DNA of 64,000 bases, taken from positions 32,001 through 96,000 of IMG/VR virus record IMGVR_UViG_2524614764_000005. One strand, written 5' to 3'. Below, in pieces: positions 1 to 9,390 of this stretch; within the stretch, counting starts at the first letter, position 1, and each line of letters starts with the position of its first letter. The translations under genes were made by a program, and so were the position numbers. Below the pieces are notes generated by a model. It searched no databases, was not told the DNA's origin, and worked only from the letters and a program-made list of their open reading frames with translations. The stretch is from a virus (taxonomy: Duplodnaviria; Caudoviricetes).

Positions 1-283
1 AAGGGGAAATCGGGAATTCCCAAGCCTCGTTAATTCCTTCTGTTCCAGTTGCTATTCGGTAATCACTTAACTGAGTACCTCCTAATTCAATTTCCTGATC
101 ATCATTCGTCAATCCCACAAACGAAATTTTTCTTGAAGTAGATGTCCCAGTGATGCTGATGGCTAATTTTTGATAATGTTTAACTTCAAATGGCTCACCG
201 TCAGAAGGGGAGGCTGACTTCTCATGAAAAACAAATGATGCACGATCAGGAATTACGACAATAGGAGCTGTATCTTCTGCTAT
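1..283 (-). CDS. yomS: YomS-like virion protein, runs off the window edge
   Basis: Read by hand: AEDTAPIVVIPDRASFVFHEKSASPSDGEPFEVKHYQKL... resembles SPbeta YomS as recalled. SD AAGGAG lies 8 nt upstream of an ATA codon; in-frame GTG at 292. Confidence 0.7.
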   Translation of the reverse strand, partial: MAEDTAPIVVIPDRASFVFHEKSASPSDGEPFEVKHYQKLAISITGTSTSRKISFVGLTNDDQEIELGGTQLSDYRIATGTEGINEAWEFPISP

Positions 284-304
284 AATAATCACTCCTTTTA
301 AAAA

Positions 305-323
305 GAGGAGGGGAGACCTCCTC
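305..323 (-). terminator. GC hairpin, probable terminator after the 333..914 gene
   Basis: GAGGAGG-GGAGA-CCTCCTC, followed by a T run on the minus strand. Confidence 0.6.
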
Positions 324-332
324 ATAAATAAA

Positions 333-914
333 TTAATCCATACCCCATACAGCTAAAGTAAAGCCAGTTAAATCAACAGTTCCACTCGCCTTTACAACAA
401 TTGAAATTTTAGGTGATTTAAAAGAAATAGATTTAGAAAGAGGGGAATTTTTTGTAAGTGTAGATTCATTAAATAATACGTTCTTATCACTTTCGGAAGA
501 AGGGAAAAATAAAGAGGAAGCCTTAGGGATTGCATAGACTTCACAATCAACTTTACCCAATTCATCTTCTTGCGTTGATAATAATGAAATTCCGTATGTA
601 TTAAATAAGCCAAAATCATCTACCAAATCAAGGGCGTATACAGAGGACTCTCCACTTGAAATATCTACATTTTCGGCAAGCAGTGCTTCTTTATAACCTT
701 TTTGAACAGTTGTTTTAATTGGAATTGTGTTCCTAATAACAACAGGAATAGAAGATGTGTTAGAAACTTCCACAGAAACTTTTTCATTTGATAGAGTTAC
801 ATCAATTGGCTCCTTGTTGTTCACTTCAACAGAGGTGATAGGGTTGCCATTCCCGTCATCTTTAGATGATGTATATCGCCCATTAGACTGGTTTAAAAAG
901 TCACCCAATAACAT
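333..914 (-). CDS. Tail-associated protein (YouA-like)
   Basis: 193 aa ORF directly after the tail tube gene, SD AAGGAGGT; TTG at 908 may be the true start. Confidence 0.6.
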   Translation of the reverse strand: MLLGDFLNQSNGRYTSSKDDGNGNPITSVEVNNKEPIDVTLSNEKVSVEVSNTSSIPVVIRNTIPIKTTVQKGYKEALLAENVDISSGESSVYALDLVDDFGLFNTYGISLLSTQEDELGKVDCEVYAIPKASSLFFPSSESDKNVLFNESTLTKNSPLSKSISFKSPKISIVVKASGTVDLTGFTLAVWGMD

Positions 915-927
915 ATACCTCCTTTAA

Positions 928-1719
928 TTACGCTCCCAGATCGCCATCATTAGCGCCTTCATCCGGCTGAGTCGGCGATTCTTTTTCTGGTTGTTCACGT
1001 GGGATTTCAGAAATCACAGCCATATTATCAGTGTCCATATCTGCAAGTGCTTCAAATTTGAACTCTGGAGTTAACGCTTGTCCGTTTTCTAAAGATAGCT
1101 CAAATTCTCCTGAAGGTGATACGTTAGGGAACTGAATGATGATATCAGAGTAAACTTGCTCAGTCTCTGGATTGTAAGCAATTGTTCTGTATTCAACTTC
1201 ATATCTCTCAGAAAAACGAGAAGCCTTGATATTCATACTTCTACCCATTTTTTCAACATGGAATACTGCAGTAACAGTTTCCTTAGGAGATACAAACGCA
1301 GTTGGCAACGTGTATTTTCCATCGCTGTTAGAAATGACTTGATATGTCTGATTTTTTTTGTTGTAAAAAGTAACCATGTGATCCGCAAGAGGCTTTCCTT
1401 TTAATTCAACACTATTATCTTCTGAAACTTTAATACTGTGCTCTCGATCAAACAGTTTAACACTCACATCTTCTTGAACCCCTTCACCTTGTGACATCGC
1501 CAAGAATTCAAGATCAAACAAAGCATTCCTAACAGAGAGTGTAAGTTCTTTTTGAGTCTTGAGAATGTAGATAGGCTTGTTGCCAATTCCAGCGTATAGC
1601 TTTTCTTCGGAGATAGCTCCAGAAAGTGAAGCTAATTGAGCTTCCGTTGTAAACACAGTATGTCCATCGGATTTACGTTTAAAATAAACATCGGCTGTGT
1701 CTTGAATTACCATTTTCAT
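928..1719 (-). CDS. yomU: Major tail (tube) protein
   Basis: 263 aa, beta-rich, strong SD; position matches SPbeta yomU. Confidence 0.7.
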   Translation of the reverse strand: MKMVIQDTADVYFKRKSDGHTVFTTEAQLASLSGAISEEKLYAGIGNKPIYILKTQKELTLSVRNALFDLEFLAMSQGEGVQEDVSVKLFDREHSIKVSEDNSVELKGKPLADHMVTFYNKKNQTYQVISNSDGKYTLPTAFVSPKETVTAVFHVEKMGRSMNIKASRFSERYEVEYRTIAYNPETEQVYSDIIIQFPNVSPSGEFELSLENGQALTPEFKFEALADMDTDNMAVISEIPREQPEKESPTQPDEGANDGDLGA

Positions 1720-1761
1720 TAATGAATTCCTCCTTAAAATAAAAAAAGACGATGCAATGCA

Positions 1762-2490
1762 TCATCCTTGTGCGAAACCTTTAGTTGAATTAAAGAAGCT
1801 TTCTCTACTCATGTAGTGTTTTTCTTCCTCAAATAAGTCAATAGACTTACTCCAGCTTTCAATGTTTTTACCAGCTTCTGGGCTTACAGTTGCAAACAAA
1901 GTAGTGGTTTCGTAATTCTTGAATTGAGCCAGTCGATAATACAGCCTGTATAACTGATACATCGATCCCTCATTAATAATGTGAATTGGGGTATTCGCAC
2001 CGATTGCAACACTATCTATAATGTCAGCTAGTTCAACGTTGCCTGAATCTGCTTGTTTAACCCTTCGACTTCGTTCGTTTGCTCTTTGTATTTCGGGATT
2101 CGAGCTGATTTTCTCTTCTTTAAGTACGCACATTTTCAGAATCAAATTTCTAATATCGTTGAAATCATCTTCAGAAATTTCCTCTAAGATGTTTTTTCCA
2201 AACATATAGGAAAAGACTGATTCATATGCTTCTTTGAAGTTTTCTAGCTCGCCAGTTATCTCAAACAATGTCATTTTTTTTAATTCAGCAATTAAATCGT
2301 CTAACTCACCATATTGATTGTTTTCTTTCTTGCTATAGTTATAGATAATCTCTTTCTTGGACATTTTGAACAAGGCTAAATGGCTTTGGAATTGCGGATA
2401 ATCTTTAATCTTTATAAAAGAACACTCACCATATGGAGTTTTAATGGGCTGCCCAGTAATTAAATAATCAAGATTAAATGCAATCACCAT
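1762..2490 (-). CDS. Virion morphogenesis protein (YomV-like)
   Basis: ORF track; synteny. Confidence 0.55.
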   Translation of the reverse strand: MVIAFNLDYLITGQPIKTPYGECSFIKIKDYPQFQSHLALFKMSKKEIIYNYSKKENNQYGELDDLIAELKKMTLFEITGELENFKEAYESVFSYMFGKNILEEISEDDFNDIRNLILKMCVLKEEKISSNPEIQRANERSRRVKQADSGNVELADIIDSVAIGANTPIHIINEGSMYQLYRLYYRLAQFKNYETTTLFATVSPEAGKNIESWSKSIDLFEEEKHYMSRESFFNSTKGFAQG

Positions 2491-2999
2491 TTTTGCCCAC
2501 CAATCTTAAAAATCAATTTGTATCCAGTGTAACCACTTGGAGGATTAGCGATTGGTTGCCCTCTCACAAACTGTGTTTTCCCATAACCAGCAACATTCTT
2601 CCCTAAATATATCTTTGAAAGTCTGTCAATAATTTTGAGACTCCTAAATTCGTTTTCTTCGAATGTGTCAATGTGAGTGTATACATCAAAATGCAAATCT
2701 CGCTCTAAAACTTTCTCACTTAAATGCGGAGGGAGAGGAGAAGAGATGCCAAAATAAATACACACTCTGCAAATAGGCTTATCATCAGTTAAATCGTTTG
2801 TTTTAGCAGCCCTTTTGAAGATTGTCTTGAAAATTGAAGTTTTCTCATCTGGGGTTGGTTCGAAATAGTTGTCCAACTCTTGGACATTAGGAAGATCAGG
2901 GGAGAGGGGGGTGTCTTTATAATAGAGAAGACGATTTAGATCGATATCCTGCCATGCTCTATTAAACAACTCAGTCATTTCTTGAACCATCATACTCAT
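2484..2999 (-). CDS. Tail terminator/completion-like protein (YomW-like)
   Basis: 171 aa; coupled start/stop overlaps; synteny. Confidence 0.55.
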   Translation of the reverse strand: MSMMVQEMTELFNRAWQDIDLNRLLYYKDTPLSPDLPNVQELDNYFEPTPDEKTSIFKTIFKRAAKTNDLTDDKPICRVCIYFGISSPLPPHLSEKVLERDLHFDVYTHIDTFEENEFRSLKIIDRLSKIYLGKNVAGYGKTQFVRGQPIANPPSGYTGYKLIFKIGGQKW

Positions 3000-3643
3000 T
3001 TGGTATCACTGACTTTCTTTTTTGCAATGAGTTTAATGGTACCCACACCATCAATTACTTTTGAATAATCAATATCGTGGACAATATACTCTTCTGAATA
3101 AAATTGCGTTTTTAACCCAATTTTTAATTGAGGATTAGTGGAGTAGGGGAGAGTGATGTGGGCTTGGCCATCAGGTAGATTGATCGGTTGATCAGAGCCG
3201 CTAACTGAAACAGTTCGCTCAAAAATACAAGGGATTTCAATGCTTTCACCAGGAACAAGTTTTTTAAATGGTCTTCCAGTGATCTCATTGACCTTGCCAG
3301 TGTCTATATAGATGTCTCCTGAAGATAATTTGATTGAACTGTTGCATAGTCGCATTTCTGCTTTTTTGTAAATCTTATTGTCATAAGGCTGTGTTACAAT
3401 TAACCAATTACCGATATCCCATTCAACAATACTACCCAATTTAATCTCATCAGGTTTAGCTAATATGTATCTAAATAATCCGTCATTTGATTTAGATTGA
3501 ATCAGACATTTCGCAGAATTACCGTCAACAAAAACCTCTTCACCTTGAAAGCCTTCTAATCCACGTTCAAAAATACCCTGACCATCAAAAGAAATCTTCT
3601 GATTAGGATTAAACTTATGATAATTTCTAAAGTCCCTCATCAT
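2996..3643 (-). CDS. Head-tail connector/closure protein (YomX-like)
   Basis: Track ORF 2996..3688; probable start at MMRDFRNY (3643). Confidence 0.55.
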   Translation of the reverse strand: MMRDFRNYHKFNPNQKISFDGQGIFERGLEGFQGEEVFVDGNSAKCLIQSKSNDGLFRYILAKPDEIKLGSIVEWDIGNWLIVTQPYDNKIYKKAEMRLCNSSIKLSSGDIYIDTGKVNEITGRPFKKLVPGESIEIPCIFERTVSVSGSDQPINLPDGQAHITLPYSTNPQLKIGLKTQFYSEEYIVHDIDYSKVIDGVGTIKLIAKKKVSDTK

Positions 3644-3863
3644 GATCACCACAAACAATTGAATTTTCCAAACGCACGATATCGCCACTTACTGACAAAA
3701 TAATGTCTCTAATTTCAGACAAAGAGGGGTCAGCAATCAGTTTTTTATCTAGGAATTCTTCCAATTTGAATAGCACTGAATTATTTTTCCTACTTAGTCT
3801 AATAAGGTGTTCATTAATTGGAACGCAACTAGAATACAATTGATCGTTTACGTATAATTTCAT
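3627..3863 (-). CDS. Small phage protein (YomY-like)
   Basis: 78 aa, ATGA coupling with the upstream gene. Confidence 0.55.
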   Translation of the reverse strand: MKLYVNDQLYSSCVPINEHLIRLSRKNNSVLFKLEEFLDKKLIADPSLSEIRDIILSVSGDIVRLENSIVCGDHDEGL

Positions 3864-4261
3864 ACGAAATCTACCTCCGTATTAAAAATTATTTTGTCAA
3901 TTGTTCTTTGCTGCTCATTCACTTGGGATTCTAGTGCTTTAATCTGCGCTGAAAAATGAGTTGTCCCAATGTCTTTGGAGAAGGGTTGCCATGTACTCGA
4001 ATAAGCGGTTAATTCATTTTTCAAAAACACTAAACGGATGTAGTTTCCCAAGATAAGTAGATCATCCTCATTTAGAAGACGATCTACAGTCTCTGTATCA
4101 TTGTCACATATAATGCGATTATCTCTAAATCGATTATTGAAGAGAAGGGAGGCATTCTTGATTTGAGAGTAAATACCTTCATCATCAGAAGGGAGGTTTA
4201 TGTCAGAGGTTTTGCAATTATCTAAAAAACATTGCCAAATTTGATCATATGTAGTATTCAT
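3860..4261 (-). CDS. Head-tail adaptor-like protein (YomZ-like)
   Basis: 133 aa; synteny. Confidence 0.55.
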   Translation of the reverse strand: MNTTYDQIWQCFLDNCKTSDINLPSDDEGIYSQIKNASLLFNNRFRDNRIICDNDTETVDRLLNEDDLLILGNYIRLVFLKNELTAYSSTWQPFSKDIGTTHFSAQIKALESQVNEQQRTIDKIIFNTEVDFV

Positions 4262-4271
4262 AAATTACCAC

Positions 4272-4742
4272 CTAATCAAAAAGAATTGAACTGTCTTCTA
4301 CACCCATCCAGTCAGCTAACACTGTAAGTTTTCCTTTTGCAATATCGTCACTGAATTCTGATGCAACATCAATTACGAATTGTTTTTCAGCTTCAACAGT
4401 GATCTCTGCCAATTGTTTCTTGAGTTGAGCGGCCGTACTAGACTTAATCATAGTTTCAATTTCTTCTTTGGTATGAGTGTTATTAACATAAGTTTCAACA
4501 TCATTAATAGAGTCTTGAATTTCTTGCGATTCCTCATTTTCCTCAATCAGAACCAATTCACCTTTATCAAAACATACGCTACTCATAGCTAACCAATCAA
4601 CAAGTTCTCTTGGAACTTCTTTGATATCGACTTTTCCATTTTTACTCCCTGCCCAATTATACTGTTTGAGAGCGCCATCACCTGTGTAACCAACAAAATA
4701 TGATGTGTTTCTATATCGTGCTAATTTAACTTTTTCCGCCAA
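4272..4742 (-). CDS. YonA-like virion protein
   Basis: 156 aa, TTG start with SD AGGAGG; follows the capsid gene. Confidence 0.6.
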   Translation of the reverse strand: MAEKVKLARYRNTSYFVGYTGDGALKQYNWAGSKNGKVDIKEVPRELVDWLAMSSVCFDKGELVLIEENEESQEIQDSINDVETYVNNTHTKEEIETMIKSSTAAQLKKQLAEITVEAEKQFVIDVASEFSDDIAKGKLTVLADWMGVEDSSILFD

Positions 4743-4777
4743 CTAATATTCCTCCTAAAAAATCCTTATTGTGTAAA

Positions 4778-5791
4778 TTAAATAGATACTGCTGCTTGTT
4801 CTTCAATAATACCGATAGCTTCACCAAACAATAGAACGATTGAAGCGGATTGAGTAATTTTCATTTTTACTCTTTCATCCTCAATATCTTGTTCTGTCAT
4901 CTGTTTCAATCCACCATACTCAACTACAGAGAAAGGTTTTTGCGAAACGCCTCCAGCAAACATATAACCTTTATTTACAGGGAGTTCAACTTTAGAGTTA
5001 GTCTCATCAGTGAATGGGTTGATTAAGTTTACTGCAGTAGTTCTTCCGATAGTGGTAGGGTTTAAAGCTGTAAGAAGTTCCTCTTTAATCTTGTCAGATA
5101 AAAGGTTTACATACTTCGGATCAGTTGCTTGTTGAGATGCGAAGTAATCAATCAATAGTGAGTCAGCGATGAACACTGGGCGACCACCATATCGTTGAAG
5201 GACAGAAGCCACTTCACTGTATTTTTGCAGAGTTAGATTAGAACCTGTCTGAACGTTCTTTGCAGGAATTTTACCAGAGGTAACAGCTGATGCGGTTAGT
5301 TCGTGAATTTTGTCTAGATAAAGCCGAACTTTAGCGTCTGCAATATCGTTTACAAGATTATTAAAAGCTGCAATTGTGTCAGTTACAAGATCAAGCGGTT
5401 CATAATAGAATCCAGCAGACATAGTTTGCGGAACGGCTGTGATCGATTCACGACCTTCAACACGAACCAAGTCTACGCCTGATCCTGAGGCTGACCAAAC
5501 GACTTTAGCCTTAGTTTTCTTAGGGATTTTAAGTTGTTTTAAATTACCTGGCTTCTCTTGTGAAGTCTCAGCAAATAGTTTTAATAGCTCAGTTACTTTT
5601 GGTTTAGCAATTGCGTCAGCTTGTTCTACAACCAAGTTGTTAAACTGGTGTAATAAAGAGGGGTCAGGAGTAACAGTACCATCACCAAAAACTTTTTTAA
5701 TACATTCTTCGATATCCGATTCATCCTTTTGCTCCATTTGGTTGTTTAGAACACGGCTGAATAGGCCTCTAACTTTTACATTATCAAACAT
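4778..5791 (-). CDS. yonB: Major capsid protein
   Basis: 337 aa; position after protease/scaffold and decoration genes. Confidence 0.75.
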   Translation of the reverse strand: MFDNVKVRGLFSRVLNNQMEQKDESDIEECIKKVFGDGTVTPDPSLLHQFNNLVVEQADAIAKPKVTELLKLFAETSQEKPGNLKQLKIPKKTKAKVVWSASGSGVDLVRVEGRESITAVPQTMSAGFYYEPLDLVTDTIAAFNNLVNDIADAKVRLYLDKIHELTASAVTSGKIPAKNVQTGSNLTLQKYSEVASVLQRYGGRPVFIADSLLIDYFASQQATDPKYVNLLSDKIKEELLTALNPTTIGRTTAVNLINPFTDETNSKVELPVNKGYMFAGGVSQKPFSVVEYGGLKQMTEQDIEDERVKMKITQSASIVLLFGEAIGIIEEQAAVSI

Positions 5792-5832
5792 TAAAATGCT
5801 CCTTTTATTGAGAAATTTTTGTGTGTAAATAC

Positions 5833-6369
5833 TTAAGCTTCAATTACTTCAAGTCGAACAAGTTTTTGACCCATCGTATAACTAAGGTCATCTTCACCAT
5901 TAACTACTAGGAATTTAGCTGAAGAGTCTTCATAGTCTTCATGTGGTGCTGCAGCATCACTCAGAATATATTTATCCGAAGCAATGTCGAAATGAGCCAC
6001 TTGTCCACGTTTAACTTCAGTTTGACCAGTGTTAAGCGTGAATGCCGAAACATCGAAGCGAGTATAAGCGGGCTCTAGAATAACAATTCTTGCAAGTTCG
6101 CCTTCACCATTGTAAAAGTCTCTTAGCGACTCACCCATGTAACGAGTTTCTGGAGTCGCAATCAGATATGCTTTTTTCGTCTTATCAGACAGTTTTTTCG
6201 CAATACGATCTCCATCAGAATTGAATCCTAATTCCACCAATGTGAAATTATCAATATCAGAACCTGACACTTTAGCGCCATGCGCCACTGTTTTAATTTT
6301 CAATGAATTTAGGTTGCCAGTAGTATGTTTACCTACTTCAGTAATAGCTTTTTGAAGTTTTGTTGCCAT
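5833..6369 (-). CDS. Head decoration-like protein (YonC-like)
   Basis: 178 aa between scaffold and capsid. Confidence 0.55.
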   Translation of the reverse strand: MATKLQKAITEVGKHTTGNLNSLKIKTVAHGAKVSGSDIDNFTLVELGFNSDGDRIAKKLSDKTKKAYLIATPETRYMGESLRDFYNGEGELARIVILEPAYTRFDVSAFTLNTGQTEVKRGQVAHFDIASDKYILSDAAAPHEDYEDSSAKFLVVNGEDDLSYTMGQKLVRLEVIEA

Positions 6370-6386
6370 TATAATTTTGCCTCCAA

Positions 6387-7808
6387 TTATTTAATAAGAT
6401 ATCTTGATTCAAATGAATCTTCTTTTGGGATTAATTCCTTACGGACACTTGATTGTTCTCTGAGAGGGGGGATCTCGGTAGGGGAGATATTAGTGGAAAC
6501 TAAATCAACTAGAATAGAATTCAACTGCAATAAAGCTCTATCAGAATTCTCATCCTGTTTTGCTACTTCTGATAGAAGTGTTTGAACTTCATCAGTCTCA
6601 AACTTATCCGAAGCATTCAATGCATTAAATTTTGCTTTGAAATGCTCACTTTTTTCATTTAAACGAGCTTCGAATTGAACTTTTTCATACTGTTCTTTAA
6701 AAGGAGTTAAATCTTCAACCATTTGATTAAGTTTAATTAGCTTGTCACTTGCGTCATTATATTTTGTCTCTAATTCTTCTTTTGCAGACAGTTTAGTAGC
6801 TAAATCACTGATTTGTTGATCTTTTGCATTAAGTTGATTCGCGACTTCTTCTGGAGTAACTTCTTCCCAATTTCTCTTAAGGAACACTTCTTGTTTAGAG
6901 TCGAATTGGATGTCGACAACGTCATCATTTTTTGTGTAATTGTACTTATAGTATGAGTCTGTCTTTGCGTTGTAATCTTCGATGTTAACGACAAAGTAAT
7001 TTTCATAAACATCACAAATATATGAGTGAACATTCTCACCTAATTCTGGATCTAGCTTGGAGTATAACAGTGATCTAACATCATCATGGGATAACTCAAA
7101 CACTTTCTTAAAACTCACATTTTCACCTTCCTTTTCATTGATAATTGCCTGTGCAATAAGCTTTTCAAATTTATTTTTTTCATTAAAACTCAATAGTTTG
7201 CTTGAATCATATGCAGGGAAAACAATGTCTTGATCTCCACGTTTTTCAGAGTTCAAAATAGCATGACCTTCCAAATAAACAGGTGACTCAAGGTATTCAA
7301 TACCGTCTTTAAATGTGTAATTTGAATACAATAACTCGCAACTTGTATTAATATTTATTCCTCTAGAGTTCCATTCTAAAAGTAGATCACAAGCATCTTT
7401 AAAACGTGATCTCCATAGAATAGCATCAGCAGCAAGAACTTCAGTCTTTTCTCCATTAGAGCCCAGTATTTCCATGATGTAGCCCTCACTTGTGAAAACA
7501 CCGATTGCTGCGGTATCCATCTTCACCTCTAAATCACCGTGTTTATCAGTGCTTAAATACATCTCGTGAGACCCAAATGAATCAGTTGCTGTTCCAATAG
7601 AATCAACCTCATTGTATTTTGCTACAATTGGCTTATTGATAATCGTAGCGGCTGTTTCAATTGCTACTTCTTTTGAAATGACTGTATTATTATGAGACTT
7701 TTCAAAATCAAAAATGACAAATGTGCAAGATAACTTGGATGGATCATCGTTTGCTTTAATTTCATTTAATTGAAGTTTATAATCAATTTTCTTTTGTTTG
7801 TCTTTCAA
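6387..7808 (-). CDS. Prohead protease/scaffold fusion (YonD-like)
   Basis: N-terminal protease-like region (SH...TSCEL), C-terminal coiled coil; follows portal. Confidence 0.65.
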   Translation of the reverse strand: MKDKQKKIDYKLQLNEIKANDDPSKLSCTFVIFDFEKSHNNTVISKEVAIETAATIINKPIVAKYNEVDSIGTATDSFGSHEMYLSTDKHGDLEVKMDTAAIGVFTSEGYIMEILGSNGEKTEVLAADAILWRSRFKDACDLLLEWNSRGININTSCELLYSNYTFKDGIEYLESPVYLEGHAILNSEKRGDQDIVFPAYDSSKLLSFNEKNKFEKLIAQAIINEKEGENVSFKKVFELSHDDVRSLLYSKLDPELGENVHSYICDVYENYFVVNIEDYNAKTDSYYKYNYTKNDDVVDIQFDSKQEVFLKRNWEEVTPEEVANQLNAKDQQISDLATKLSAKEELETKYNDASDKLIKLNQMVEDLTPFKEQYEKVQFEARLNEKSEHFKAKFNALNASDKFETDEVQTLLSEVAKQDENSDRALLQLNSILVDLVSTNISPTEIPPLREQSSVRKELIPKEDSFESRYLIK

Positions 7809-7845
7809 GTATTTTCACCTCCTTCCAAAGACAAAAAGGGGAGAG

Positions 7846-9372
7846 CTATGGAGTGTTGTTCCCGTCTGATGATTTTGATTTTAAAGTGTTTTCATTAGTC
7901 GAAGTGTCATCAGAAATATTCCCTGAATCGTTACCTGAGAATGTATATGATGTTTGGTAAGGCTTGATTTTATCTTGTAGTTGCAATGATTCGGTTTCGT
8001 GGAGTGTTTGATCTAAATATGATTCCCACGACACGCCAGGAATATTGTCAACTACGTGTTTAATAGACCAACCTTTATCATTTAATTTCAACAATAAGTC
8101 AACTTTCTCTTTGAGAGTCAGTGGTTTCTCTTTGTCGTATACAATATAGTAATTATCACTTTGATTCTTCGGCAGAATTAAATTAAACAATTTCTGATAC
8201 ACTTCTTGTTCAATATCTTCTAAAAGAACTCCAATTCTTTTATAAAAGGTATCTAAATTCAATGAAGATGTTGCATAGTTACCACCTTCGCCATTTAACA
8301 TAGAGCCAGAAAGACCATATGCAGATTGAATGTCGTTGTTTATATGATCGAATTTCTTGCCATCCAAACCGTCAGTTTTAACATCAGGAAAGTCTAAGCT
8401 TGCATAATCTGGAATGGAAACGACAGTTACACCATCAGTTTGATTTTTCTCTAAAGCTTGCTTTACTCCTGAGTGGATTTTTTGTTTGATAGGCTTAGGG
8501 AGTTTTTGGTTGCTGTATTCTCCATTATTTTTATCAGTACCAATTGTCAATACCGCAACCGCATTAATGATTTTATTCGCAATGGATTGCTCAACATCTT
8601 TAAGCTTTTTCTTATGGAGAACATCATAGAGACCAGGAGCAACCCAAGACGTACCTAAACCCTGATTTCTCTTAAGAGTCCCAGTTCTAAGACAGAATGT
8701 TCTATTTTGAGGAAGCTCTTTATATTTATATTGAACGGAATCTTTTTTGAAATTTTGATAATCTTGATATGTAATATAGGGGTGGAAATTCAAAATGAGG
8801 TCTTTGCGGTAGGAATCATTATCTGAAATATTGTCAAAAAAACTCATATCCAACGTACATACCCATTCGCCATTTCTACGATAAGAGGGCTGAGCATATT
8901 CCGATCCATCGAAGATGAAGGGGTAGGGGGATTTTTTATCACCTAACCAAATACCAATTAAAATACCCGCAGCTGCAGTTTGTTTCAACAAATCTCTAGT
9001 TAATCGCTTGTGCTTATTTTTGTGCAAAACTTTTTTTATTGTTTTAACATGGCTCTCTGAAGCATCGGGATTTTCAAAGGAATCTATTTTAAAATTTAAT
9101 GTGGGTAAAGCTTCAATTAGTTCGAAAAGTTGATGGATTTCTCCAGTGGACACATAAAAATAATTGGCTAAATCTTCGATTTCTCTTTGATACGCATCAG
9201 GTGAGGAGAAATATTCTTTTAACTGTTCCGCTGTTACGTCATTTATAATTCCTTTTGAAAACAAGTTTGAAACGAAACCAGTCGCAAAAGTAGATGCGTA
9301 CGTTTCAAGATCATTCAACATTTGCTTATGTTCCTCAGATTCAATATCAACTTGCTTAATTTTTTTCGCCAC
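7846..9372 (-). CDS. yonE: Portal protein
   Basis: 508 aa directly downstream of the large terminase. Confidence 0.75.
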   Translation of the reverse strand: MAKKIKQVDIESEEHKQMLNDLETYASTFATGFVSNLFSKGIINDVTAEQLKEYFSSPDAYQREIEDLANYFYVSTGEIHQLFELIEALPTLNFKIDSFENPDASESHVKTIKKVLHKNKHKRLTRDLLKQTAAAGILIGIWLGDKKSPYPFIFDGSEYAQPSYRRNGEWVCTLDMSFFDNISDNDSYRKDLILNFHPYITYQDYQNFKKDSVQYKYKELPQNRTFCLRTGTLKRNQGLGTSWVAPGLYDVLHKKKLKDVEQSIANKIINAVAVLTIGTDKNNGEYSNQKLPKPIKQKIHSGVKQALEKNQTDGVTVVSIPDYASLDFPDVKTDGLDGKKFDHINNDIQSAYGLSGSMLNGEGGNYATSSLNLDTFYKRIGVLLEDIEQEVYQKLFNLILPKNQSDNYYIVYDKEKPLTLKEKVDLLLKLNDKGWSIKHVVDNIPGVSWESYLDQTLHETESLQLQDKIKPYQTSYTFSGNDSGNISDDTSTNENTLKSKSSDGNNTP

Positions 9373-9390
9373 TTTTTCACCTCAATTCTT

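Noticed and set aside
914-930. Programmed frameshift or readthrough fusing the tail tube to the next ORF
   Set aside because: No slippery sequence seen; the downstream gene has its own strong SD
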